From: an uncultured Acidobacteriota bacterium
GTDB lineage: Bacteria; Acidobacteriota; Vicinamibacteria; Vicinamibacterales; JAHECP01
Direction: 5' to 3'
Assembly (NCBI GenBank): GCA_963812185.1
Contig: CAWEUE010000004.1
Coordinates: 152,457 to 216,456, forward strand
DNA length: 64,000 nucleotides
The translations under genes were made by a program, and so were the position numbers. How positions within the stretch are numbered: the first letter of the stretch is position 1; every line of letters begins with the position of its first letter. Positions 20,581-28,766 of this stretch are shown in pieces. Below the pieces are notes generated by a model. The model worked only from the letters and a program-made list of their open reading frames with translations. It ran no database searches and was not told the origin of the DNA.

Positions 20581-21675
20581 CTAGCGCGTCGGCGCGGCGA
20601 CGTAGCCGGCGCGCGCGCGGACGCGATAGTGGCCGCGCACCTCGACACGGATCGTGTGCCACCGCCCGTCCTGGGGGCCCGGCGCTGCGTAGCCGAGGAA
20701 GTACTGCTTGCTGAGCTCGTCGGCGATCGAGGCGGTCGCCGGGTCGAGGTCGCGCGCGGTGCGGATGATCTCGGTGCGGCCGCCGCTGTCGTCCGTGATC
20801 TCCCGGAGCGCCTCGACGTTCACGGGGTCGCCGGCGCCGCCGCCCGTGCGCGGCAGGGTGATCGGCGGGCGCGGCTGCTGCGGGGGCTCGTACGGCGGCC
20901 GGCGGCCGCCCGGGTGCGGGAACGGCGACGGAATGGGCGGCCGGCGCGGCGGCTTCGGCGGCTGGAAGACCGGGCCGCGCGGCGTGCCGAGCGTCGGCGT
21001 CGCCCGTCCGTCGATCCCGATCGCGTACACCAGCACCTCGGTCTGGCGGATGAGCTGCTGCAGCGTGCTCACGTCGGTGCGGCTGCTCGTGTCGTTGCCG
21101 TCGGAGATGACGACGAGCGCCTTCTTCCGGTGGTGGCCCGCCTGCGCGCGCGGCACCGCGTCGGCCACCGTGTCGTAGAGCGCCGTGCCGCCGCGCGGCG
21201 AGATCCGCGCCAGCTCGCGGCCGATGCGGTCGCGATCGGTGGTCCAGTCCTGGATCAGATCCGGCGCGTTGTCGAAGCGGTAGACGAAGATCTCGTCCTT
21301 GGGATCCAGCAGGTCGTCGAGGAAGCGGTTGAGCGCCTGACGCGCCGCCACGATCTTCTCGCCGCTCATGCTGCCGCTCGTGTCGAGCGCGATGCCCAGG
21401 CTGACCGGCACGCGCTCGTTGCTGAAGTACGAGATCGGCACCGGCCGCCCGTTGTCGTAGACCGCGAAGTCCTCGCGGCGGAGCCCCGGCACGAAGCGCC
21501 CGTTGGCGTCGATGACCGTCACGGCGACGTTGACCAGCTCGACGCCCGTCCGGAAGCGGAAGCCGCCCTGCCGCGGCGGCGTCTGCCCGCCGCCCGCGAC
21601 GAGCGTGGCCGCGCCCAACGCGGCCGCAAGGGCCGCGGCCAGGGACGTGCGGCCGAACGGCGATGACGAGGTCAT
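20581..21675 (-). CDS. VWA-domain protein of the VWFA-related acidobacterial type
   Basis: FRFRTGVELVNVAVTVIDANGRFVPGLRREDFAVYDNG N-terminal module, MIDAS LDTSGSMSG, and the C-terminal WHTIRVEVR...YRVRARAGY end typical of this family. Confidence 0.8.
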   Translation of the reverse strand: MTSSSPFGRTSLAAALAAALGAATLVAGGGQTPPRQGGFRFRTGVELVNVAVTVIDANGRFVPGLRREDFAVYDNGRPVPISYFSNERVPVSLGIALDTSGSMSGEKIVAARQALNRFLDDLLDPKDEIFVYRFDNAPDLIQDWTTDRDRIGRELARISPRGGTALYDTVADAVPRAQAGHHRKKALVVISDGNDTSSRTDVSTLQQLIRQTEVLVYAIGIDGRATPTLGTPRGPVFQPPKPPRRPPIPSPFPHPGGRRPPYEPPQQPRPPITLPRTGGGAGDPVNVEALREITDDSGGRTEIIRTARDLDPATASIADELSKQYFLGYAAPGPQDGRWHTIRVEVRGHYRVRARAGYVAAPTR

Positions 21676-21700
21676 CGGCTTCTTTCCGTGGCGATTTCCG

Positions 21701-22465
21701 TCAATCGGACTGCGGGTGGCCGGCGCCCGCGGAGGCCACGCCGCCCGCCGCCGCGGTATCCCCGCGCCGGTCCACGTGCGCGAGCACCTGCCCGTCCCGC
21801 GCACGGAACCCGAGGCGGTAGCGCGTCACGCTCTCCGCGTGGTCGACCACGATCACGAACGGCGACGCGTCGCCCGGCACGAGCCACGTGTCGTCGACCG
21901 GCGCGGTGCCGCTGCCGACGAGGTGGCCCGATCGATCGAAGAGGAACGCCACCGCGACGACGTCGCGTTGCTCCACGCCGTCCGTCGGGTTCTGGACCAT
22001 CCCGGTGATCCGCAGCGCGTCGCCCTGCCGGTCGCTGGCGAGCGACACCAGCTCGATCGGCGCCCCGCCGGCCGCCGGCGCGCCGGCCGCGCCGCGTTCG
22101 GAGAGCCGCCAGACGCCCCAGACACCCGCCGCCATCACAATTGCCGCCGCCGACAGGGCAAGCAGCCGCGGGCCCAAACGCGAGGACGGCGACGGCGGGG
22201 TGAACAACGCCGGCGTCGCGACCGGCGCCGCGACATCCGGCTCGAGGGGCCGCAGCGGCAGCGAGTCCCAGGTCGCGGCGTTGCCTTCCGTAGCGATTTC
22301 CGTGGACCTTCCGTGGGCCTTCCGTGAATGCGCCAGGTCGGCGAGCGCCGCGACGCGCGCGGCGGACCGCCGGCGCTCCTCGCGCAGCAGCCGCCACGCG
22401 ACGGCGCCCATGGCGACGGCCATCCCGAGCGACATCAGGGTGACGACGACGAGCGTCAGCTCCAT
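21701..22465 (-). CDS. Membrane protein with C-terminal FxLYD-like beta-sandwich domain
   Basis: N-terminal TM helix (MELTLVVVTLMSLGMAVAMGAVAW) and a second TM helix. C-terminal LRITGMVQNPTDG...VVAVAFLFDRSGHLVGSG...LVPGDASPFVIVV resembles the FxLYD domain. Confidence 0.5.
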   Translation of the reverse strand: MELTLVVVTLMSLGMAVAMGAVAWRLLREERRRSAARVAALADLAHSRKAHGRSTEIATEGNAATWDSLPLRPLEPDVAAPVATPALFTPPSPSSRLGPRLLALSAAAIVMAAGVWGVWRLSERGAAGAPAAGGAPIELVSLASDRQGDALRITGMVQNPTDGVEQRDVVAVAFLFDRSGHLVGSGTAPVDDTWLVPGDASPFVIVVDHAESVTRYRLGFRARDGQVLAHVDRRGDTAAAGGVASAGAGHPQSD

Positions 22466-22478
22466 GGCGAATCGTTCC

Positions 22479-23567
22479 TCATCGCAGGCTGAAGTCCACG
22501 GCAATCTCGACGACGACGTCCACGGGCGTGCCGAGCCGCCGCGCGGGCTCGAACAGCCACTGCCGGACGGCGTCGATCGCCCGCTCGTCGAGTCCGGCGC
22601 CGAGCCGCTGCACCAGGCGGACGTCGCCCACGTGCCCGTCGTGCAGCACCACCACCTCGACGACGACCTCGCCCTCGAGACGCTGCCGGAGGGCCGCCTC
22701 CGTGTACTGCGGCTTCACCTCGCGCAGCAGCCGCGGCGGGTCGATGCCGCTGCCGGGCTGATACGGCCCGCCGCCCGTGCCGCCGCCGCTGCCGGGACCG
22801 AGCCCCGGCCCCGCGCCCTCGCCGATGCCCGTGCCCTGGCCCGTTCCCACGCCGCCGCCGGTTCCCCGGCCCTGGCTCGTGCCGGTCTCCTCGGCGGTCT
22901 CGACGAGGCCGAGCCGGTCCACGCGGTCGGCGGCGATCGTCGCGACCGGGGCGGCCAGCGTCGCGAAGTCCCGGTGCTCCAGCAGCGGCGCCGGGGTCTC
23001 CACCGGGCGCCGCGCCGCGACGACCGGGCGCGGCGGCACGGGCCGGCGCCGCTCGATCGGGCGCGGCCGCTGTGGAGGCGTCAGCCGCGCCACGACCGGG
23101 CTGGCGACCTTCGACGGGCCCCGCAGGCGCGCCTTCGGCGGCGGCGCCTTCTGCTGCAGCCCACCGCCGCCCCCGCCGCCGCCCGGGCCCGGGAGTGTCA
23201 GGTACACGAGCCGCAAAGGTTTGACGGGGGCCGTGGTCGATTCGATGGGGCCGCGGGTGCCGAGCGCCGAGAGCAGCAGGACGAGGCCGAAGGCCGCGCC
23301 GTGGAGGGCGCCCGACGCCAGGAGGGGCGTACCGGTCGGCCGGCGGGACGTGGCCGCCGGCTCGAAGATCTGCCGGGCCGGCCGGACGTCTCCGCGCAGG
23401 AGGCGCACGGCCCGCGCCGCTTCGCGCGCGCCGACGAACCGGCCGTCCAGCGTGGCGAGGCGTCCCGACCGCACCAGCCGCGCCGCCTCGCCGGGCCGCA
23501 CGCCCGCCGCGCGGGCGATCTCCTGGGAGGTATAGACGTCGGGCGGCGGTGTGGGCTGCTGCGGCAT
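22479..23567 (-). CDS. TonB-family protein with N-terminal cytoplasmic HTH-like segment
   Basis: C-terminal TonB_C (PPRLLREVKPQYTEAALRQRLEGEVVVEVVVLHDGHVGDVRLV...AIDAVRQWLFEPA), Pro/Gly-rich spacer, TM helix. The N-terminus YTSQEIARAAGVRPGEAARLVRSGRL looks like an excisionase/MerR-type HTH. Confidence 0.75.
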   Translation of the reverse strand: MPQQPTPPPDVYTSQEIARAAGVRPGEAARLVRSGRLATLDGRFVGAREAARAVRLLRGDVRPARQIFEPAATSRRPTGTPLLASGALHGAAFGLVLLLSALGTRGPIESTTAPVKPLRLVYLTLPGPGGGGGGGGLQQKAPPPKARLRGPSKVASPVVARLTPPQRPRPIERRRPVPPRPVVAARRPVETPAPLLEHRDFATLAAPVATIAADRVDRLGLVETAEETGTSQGRGTGGGVGTGQGTGIGEGAGPGLGPGSGGGTGGGPYQPGSGIDPPRLLREVKPQYTEAALRQRLEGEVVVEVVVLHDGHVGDVRLVQRLGAGLDERAIDAVRQWLFEPARRLGTPVDVVVEIAVDFSLR

Positions 23568-23744
23568 CGTGTCGGCTGTCGCCACCGGGAGCCGGGACGT
23601 TCGGGATTTGGACGGCAAAAGCCTTGCCGGGGAGCCCCGGTCCCGGCGAGCGGATCCCCCTCGTATTCTCGGCGTTTGGGCGCCCCGCCTTTGCCCCGGC
23701 CGTCCCGGACTGTGCTCGGAGCAAGACAGGCTGTCACTGGAAGG

Positions 23745-23786
23745 GGCCAGGGGGCAGAGGCCAGAGGCCAGAGGCCGAGGCGAGGC
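23745..23786. repeat. Heptanucleotide tandem array (GGCCAGA-type x6)
   Basis: ggccagg gggcaga ggccaga ggccaga ggccgag gcgaggc in the divergent TonB/SDR intergenic region. Confidence 0.65.
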
Positions 23787-23803
23787 CGGAGGTGGCGGCC
23801 CGC

Positions 23804-23824
23804 GTGAGCCGTGAGCCGTGAGCC
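23804..23824. repeat. Heptanucleotide tandem array (GTGAGCC x3)
   Basis: gtgagcc gtgagcc gtgagcc, immediately upstream of a TGaTAGAAC extended -10-like element and the SDR ATG. Confidence 0.7.
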
Positions 23825-23843
23825 TGTGATAGAACTCTCTCCT

Positions 23844-24611
23844 ATGTCTACTACCGGCAAAGTCGCCATCGTGACGGGTGCTACGAGCGGGATCGGGCGC
23901 GCGACGGCGCGGCGGTTCGCGCGGGATGGGTATGCGGTCGTGGCCGTGGGCCGCAGCGCCCCGGCGCTGCAGGCGGTGACGGGCGAGGTGGAGGCCGCGG
24001 GCGGGCGGGCGCAAGGGCTCGCGGCGGACGTGACGGCGGCCGACTCGCCGGCCCGCATCGTGGCGCGGGCGGTCGAGGCGTTCGGCGGAGTCGACGCGCT
24101 GGTCAACGCGGCCGGCATCATCGCCTCGGGCACCGTCGAGACGACGACCGACGAGGCGTGGGACCTGATGCTCGACATCAACGTGCGCGCGCCGTTCCGG
24201 CTGATGCGGGAGGCGGTGCCGCACCTCGCGGCGCGCAAGGGCGCCGTGGTCAACGTGTCGAGCGTGACCGGGCTGCGCGCGTTCCCGGGCGTGCTGGCCT
24301 ACTGCGCGAGCAAGGCGGCGGTCGATCAGCTCACGCGGTGCGCGGCGCTGGAGCTCGCGCCGAAGGGCGTCCGCGTGAACGCGGTGAACCCGGGCGTCGT
24401 CGTGTCGAACCTGCACCGGCGCGGCGGGATGGGGGACGAGCAGTACGCGGCGTTCCTGGAACACTCGCGCGAGACGCACCCGCTGGGGCGCGCCGGGCAG
24501 GCCGACGAGGTCGCCGAGCTCATCGTCTTTCTCGCGACGGATCGGTCCGCGTGGATCACGGGCGACACGATCGCCATCGACGGCGGGCGCCACCAGACGT
24601 GTGCGAGGTGA
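23844..24611 (+). CDS. Short-chain dehydrogenase/reductase (FabG-like)
   Basis: GKVAIVTGATSGIGRA Rossmann motif, NAAG, S...YCASKAA catalytic triad region, PGVV. Confidence 0.85.
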   Translation: MSTTGKVAIVTGATSGIGRATARRFARDGYAVVAVGRSAPALQAVTGEVEAAGGRAQGLAADVTAADSPARIVARAVEAFGGVDALVNAAGIIASGTVETTTDEAWDLMLDINVRAPFRLMREAVPHLAARKGAVVNVSSVTGLRAFPGVLAYCASKAAVDQLTRCAALELAPKGVRVNAVNPGVVVSNLHRRGGMGDEQYAAFLEHSRETHPLGRAGQADEVAELIVFLATDRSAWITGDTIAIDGGRHQTCAR

Positions 24612-24663
24612 GCGGCCAGCCGAGCCCCTGAGCCGGCCGAAAGGGGCGAGGGAGGGGGCGTCG

Positions 24664-25221
24664 CTACCGCGGCCGGACGGCTTCGACGAAGCGGAGGCCG
24701 GCGCGTTCGCTGAGCGTGCGGACGGCGGCGAACCCCGCGGCCTTGAGCGCCGCCTCGGCGCCGCCCGACGCCACGTACCGGGCGTCCGGCGGGCGCCGGC
24801 CGATGAGCGCCGCCAGGCCGCTGCGGCCGATCCCCTCGACGACGAGCAGCCGGCCGCCCGGCCGGAGCACCCGCTGCGCCTCCCGGAGGCCCGCGGCCCG
24901 CGGCTCGGGGGCGAGGCCGCCCAGGAGGTCGTTGAGGACGACCACGTCGAAGGCCGCGGCGTCGTGGGGGAGCCGGTCGTAGGGCGCCTGCGCGATCTCG
25001 ACCAGGACGCCGCCCCTGGCGGCGCCCCGGGTGCCCCGGGCCACGCCGGCCGCCGAGTCGTCGACCGCGCAGGCCCGGCCCGTGAGGCCGACTTTGGCGG
25101 CGAGCGCCGCGAGCAGGCCGCCGTCTCCGCAGCCCATCTGCAGGAAGGTGTCGCCCAGCTTGAGGCCGACCATGGAAACGGCCAGATCGTGCGGCTCGCC
25201 GAGCTTCCCGAAGAATTTCAT
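24664..25221 (-). CDS. Class I SAM-dependent methyltransferase
   Basis: Motif I FLQMGCGDGGL, then VVVLNDLL and LRPGGRLLVVE. Start MKFFGKLGEP (CAT 25219-25221). Confidence 0.75.
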   Translation of the reverse strand: MKFFGKLGEPHDLAVSMVGLKLGDTFLQMGCGDGGLLAALAAKVGLTGRACAVDDSAAGVARGTRGAARGGVLVEIAQAPYDRLPHDAAAFDVVVLNDLLGGLAPEPRAAGLREAQRVLRPGGRLLVVEGIGRSGLAALIGRRPPDARYVASGGAEAALKAAGFAAVRTLSERAGLRFVEAVRPR

Positions 25222-25245
25222 GGGGTCATGATATAGTTCCGAAAC

Positions 25246-26559
25246 GTGAAAAGCGCGATTGAAATCGCCTCGGCCGACGGCAAGGTCGGGGTGTTGCTGG
25301 TCGGCCTTGGCGCCGTCAGCACCACGTTCATCGCCGGTGTGCTCGCGGTCCGCAGAGGGATCGCTCCCCCCATCGGCTCGCTCACTCAAATGGGCACCAT
25401 CCGCCTCGGCAAACGCACCGAGGGACGGTCGCCCACCATCAAGGACTTCATCCCGCTCGCGTCGCTCGACCAGCTGGTTTTCGGTGGCTGGGACATCTTC
25501 GAGGACGACTGCTACACCGCGGCGAAGACGGCCGGCGTGCTGGAGCCGGCGCTCCTCGAGCAGGTGCGGACCGAGCTGGCGGCCATCAAGCCGATGCCCG
25601 CCGTCTTCGACCAGCGCTACGTGAAGCGCCTCGACGGTCCGAACGTCAAGCAGGGCAAGAACAAGCGGGATCTGGCCGAACAGGTTCGGGCGGACATCCG
25701 GAAGTTCAAGGCGGATCACCGGCTCGATCGCCTGGTCATCATCTGGTGCGGCAGCACCGAGATCTACATGCAGGAGTCGGCGCCGCACGCCGACGTGGCG
25801 TCGTTCGAGCGGGCGCTCGAGGAGAACAGCCCCGACATCCCGTCGAGCATGGTGTACGCCTACGCCGCCCTGAAGGAAGGCGTGCCGTACGCGAACGCCG
25901 CGCCGAACCTGACCGCCGACGTGCCGGCGATGCTCCAGCTCGCGGCGGAGACGAAGACGCCGGTGGCGGGCAAGGACCTCAAGACGGGCCAGACCCTCAT
26001 CAAGACGATCATCGCGCCGGGCCTGAAGGCGCGGCTGATCGGCGTCAGCGGCTGGTACTCGACCAACATTCTGGGCAACCGCGACGGCGAGGTGCTCGAC
26101 GATCCCGAGTCGTTCAAGACGAAGGAGGAGAGCAAGAAGTCCGTTCTGGACTACATCCTGCAGCCCGACCTGTACCCGGAGCTGTACAAGGACCTGTGCC
26201 ACGTCGTCCGGATCAACTACTACCCGCCGCGCGGCGACAACAAGGAAGGCTGGGACAACATCGATCTGGTCGGGTGGCTCGGCTACCCGATGCAGCTCAA
26301 GATCAACTTCCTGTGCCGCGACAGCATCCTGGCGGCGCCCATCGTGCTGGACCTGGTGCTGTTCCTCGACCTCGCGCACCGCGCGGGCCTGCACGGCATC
26401 CAGGAGTGGCTGTCCTTCTACTTCAAGAGCCCGATGCACGCCAAAGGGCTCTATCCCGAGCACGACCTGTTCATCCAGCTGATGAAGCTGAAGAACACGC
26501 TTCGGTATCTGCGGGGCGAGGAGCTCATCACGCACCTCGGCCGCGAGTACTACGACTGA
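25246..26559 (+). CDS. ino1: myo-Inositol-1-phosphate synthase
   Basis: VGVLLVGLGAVSTTFIAG...LVFGGWDI...VIIWCGSTE...ANAAPN...GKDLKTGQT...LGNRDG: bacterial/archaeal MIPS pattern over the full 437 aa. GTG start. Confidence 0.88.
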   Translation: MKSAIEIASADGKVGVLLVGLGAVSTTFIAGVLAVRRGIAPPIGSLTQMGTIRLGKRTEGRSPTIKDFIPLASLDQLVFGGWDIFEDDCYTAAKTAGVLEPALLEQVRTELAAIKPMPAVFDQRYVKRLDGPNVKQGKNKRDLAEQVRADIRKFKADHRLDRLVIIWCGSTEIYMQESAPHADVASFERALEENSPDIPSSMVYAYAALKEGVPYANAAPNLTADVPAMLQLAAETKTPVAGKDLKTGQTLIKTIIAPGLKARLIGVSGWYSTNILGNRDGEVLDDPESFKTKEESKKSVLDYILQPDLYPELYKDLCHVVRINYYPPRGDNKEGWDNIDLVGWLGYPMQLKINFLCRDSILAAPIVLDLVLFLDLAHRAGLHGIQEWLSFYFKSPMHAKGLYPEHDLFIQLMKLKNTLRYLRGEELITHLGREYYD

Positions 26560-26613
26560 ACCGGGCGGGCGGCCGCGCGCGGCCGCCCGCACGGCTGCTG
26601 CCGGGAGGTCGCG

Positions 26614-27117
26614 ATGGACTCCAGCAAGCTGCAACCGGTGCTCCTCGGCGGGGTCTTCATCGGGGTGCTCTCCGCGCTCCCGGTCATCGGCATCGCCAAT
26701 TGCTGCTGCCTGTGGGTGATCGGCGGCGGCGCCCTGGCCGCGTACCTCGTCCAGCAGAACCAGCCGACCGCCATCACCATCGCCGACGGCGCCGTCGTCG
26801 GGCTGCTCGCCGGCCTGGTCGGCGGCATCATCTGGTCCCTGCTCTCCATCCCGCTCGAGATGGCGATGCGTCAGTTCACCGCCCCGTTCGTCGAGCGCAT
26901 GGTCCGGTCGAACGGCGACATGCCCCCGCAGATGCAGCAGTTCTTCGAGAGCATGACGAGGGGCGGCGCCGCATCCGTGCTGGTTCACGTGATCCGGATC
27001 TGCGTCTTCGTCCTCGTGAGCACGGTCTTCGCCATGCTGGGCGGCATCCTCGGCGCGGCCATCTTCAAGAAGGGCAAGCCGCCCTCCGAGCCCGGCACCA
27101 TCGACGTCGTTTCCTAG
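26614..27117 (+). CDS. Small integral membrane protein (4 predicted TM helices), family not recognised
   Basis: GGGAGG SD. Hydrophobic segments (VLLGGVFIGVLSALPVIGIANCCCLWVIGGGALAAYLV, GAVVGLLAGLVGGIIWSLL, VLVHVIRICVFVLVSTVFAMLGGILGAAIF). Confidence 0.6.
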   Translation: MDSSKLQPVLLGGVFIGVLSALPVIGIANCCCLWVIGGGALAAYLVQQNQPTAITIADGAVVGLLAGLVGGIIWSLLSIPLEMAMRQFTAPFVERMVRSNGDMPPQMQQFFESMTRGGAASVLVHVIRICVFVLVSTVFAMLGGILGAAIFKKGKPPSEPGTIDVVS

Positions 27118-27122
27118 CCGGC

Positions 27123-27191
27123 GTCAGCGGTCAGCCGTCAGCGGTCAGGGGGCAGCGGTCAGCAAGATCTTGCTGACCCCTGACTCCTGAC
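27123..27191. repeat. Heptanucleotide array (GTCAGCN x6) folding back on an inverted copy; contains a perfect 22-nt palindrome; terminator-like
   Basis: gtcagcg gtcagcc gtcagcg gtcaggg ggcagcg gtcagca AGATCT tgctgac ccctgac tcctgac. GGTCAGCAAGA/TCTTGCTGACC is a perfect palindrome. Confidence 0.75.
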
Positions 27192-27275
27192 CTCCGAGTT
27201 GGCCGCTGGCCGCCGCCTCCCCCTAACGTCCCTCCTCCGCCGAGCCGAAACCTAGGTAGGAAATTCTGTGCAGCC

Positions 27276-28751
27276 GTGGGCGAGGGTGCGCGGCCGCGGG
27301 CGCAGAACGACGGTAAGACATTGAAGAAACAGTCACTTGACCTATTCGTGGCCCTGGCGCTGGCGGCCTGGCCGGTTGTGGCCCTCCGGGCCCAGACGCC
27401 GCCGCCGACCCCGGGCGCCGCGTCCGCGGCGGGGCCGCCGCCCCCGCTGACCGTCAGCCGGATGGCCGGGCCGGGGGCGGGCGCCGAGATGGGGGAGCCG
27501 CTGCAGACGCCGCAGGTCGCCTCCCAGGCGCCCCTCCAGCCGCTGCCGGTGACGCGGCTCGAGGAGGAGCCGCGCGAGGCCCACCTCGACGCCGGGCGCA
27601 CCTTCTCACTGCGCATCGCCGCGCCGCGCCCGGTGCAGCAGGTCCTGCTGCAACTGGTGCGCAACACGCGGTTCAGCATCGTGTCCGAGCCCGGCGTCCA
27701 GGGGTCGTTCGTCGGCGACCTGAAGGACGTCACGCTGCAGCAGGCGCTCGACCTCGTGCTGCACCCGCTCGGCCTCGACTACGCCGTCGACCGCAGCTTC
27801 ATCCGCGTGTTCCCGCGGCGCGTGGAGACGCGGATCTTCGACGTGAACTACGTGCAGACGGCGCGGACGAGCCGCCGCACGCTCACCGCGGCGCGCCCGG
27901 GCGCGGGCCAGTCGGCGGGCAGCCGCTGGTCGCTCGACGCGTCGGACACGGCCAACCTGTTCGACGAAGTCGGCGCCGGCGTGCGGACGCTCCTCTCGCC
28001 CGACGGGCGCTTCAACCTGGATCGCCAGGCCGCGCTGTTGCAGGTGACCGATTACCCGGACCGGCTCGACCGCGTCGGCCTGTACGTCGAAGCGGTCGAG
28101 CAGCGCGTCACGCGCCAGGTGCAGATCCGCGCGCTGGTCGTCGAGGTGGCGCTGAAGCCGGAGTTCGCCGCCGGGCTCGACTGGCGGGCGCTGCGCGCGA
28201 GCCTCGGCCTCGAGGCGTCGGTCGGCGGTCGCACGCTGCGGGTCGATCTGGCCGACCCGTCGCGGCTCCTCGCCGCGCTCCGCGCGCAGGGCACGGTCGA
28301 CGTGCTCGCCAGCCCGCAGGTGGTGGCGATGAACAACGAGCCGGCGTTCATGCGGGTCGGCCGCCACGAGGTGTACTTCGTCACCACGTCGTCCACCGAC
28401 GCGGCGACCGGCCGGGTGGTCCAGACGACGGAGCGGCCCGAATCGGTGGCCGAGGGGCTGGTGCTGAGCGTGACGCCGCAGATCACGGCCGACGGGATCA
28501 TCCAGATGAGCGTGTCGCCGAGCGTGACCGCGCGCGCCGGCGAGGCGACGTCGAGGGCGGGCGACGTGGTGCCCGTGATGAGCGTGCGCGAGGCGGACAC
28601 GCTCGTGCGCCTGCGGGCTGGCGAGACCGCGGTGATCAGCGGGCTCATGCAGGGCGGTGGGTCCGCCAAGACGGACCTCGTCGTCTTCCTGACGCCCACG
28701 CTGGTGGCGCCCGCGGCGCTCGCGCGGCCGGGCGCGGCCGGCGGCCGCTGA
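27276..28751 (+). CDS. Secretin (MshL/PilQ/GspD family outer-membrane channel)
   Basis: Signal peptide (LFVALALAAWPVVALRAQ). N-domains (VTLQQALDLVLHPLGLDYAV, VFPRRVETRIFDVNY). Secretin core (GTVDVLASPQVVAMNNEPAFMRVG ... GLVLSVTPQITADGIIQMSVSP ... ADTLVRLRAGETAVISGL ... LVVFLTPTLV). An alternative start is TTG 27321. Confidence 0.85.
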   Translation: MGEGARPRAQNDGKTLKKQSLDLFVALALAAWPVVALRAQTPPPTPGAASAAGPPPPLTVSRMAGPGAGAEMGEPLQTPQVASQAPLQPLPVTRLEEEPREAHLDAGRTFSLRIAAPRPVQQVLLQLVRNTRFSIVSEPGVQGSFVGDLKDVTLQQALDLVLHPLGLDYAVDRSFIRVFPRRVETRIFDVNYVQTARTSRRTLTAARPGAGQSAGSRWSLDASDTANLFDEVGAGVRTLLSPDGRFNLDRQAALLQVTDYPDRLDRVGLYVEAVEQRVTRQVQIRALVVEVALKPEFAAGLDWRALRASLGLEASVGGRTLRVDLADPSRLLAALRAQGTVDVLASPQVVAMNNEPAFMRVGRHEVYFVTTSSTDAATGRVVQTTERPESVAEGLVLSVTPQITADGIIQMSVSPSVTARAGEATSRAGDVVPVMSVREADTLVRLRAGETAVISGLMQGGGSAKTDLVVFLTPTLVAPAALARPGAAGGR

Positions 28752-28766
28752 GCGGGAGTGCGGACC

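Noticed and set aside
27123-27191. Could the short tandem arrays (27123, 44480, 23745, 11046, 57631) be CRISPR arrays?
   Set aside because: The units are 7 or 15 nt and directly abut each other with no spacers. No cas genes are in the window. They are microsatellite/STRR-like tandem repeats, not CRISPR.
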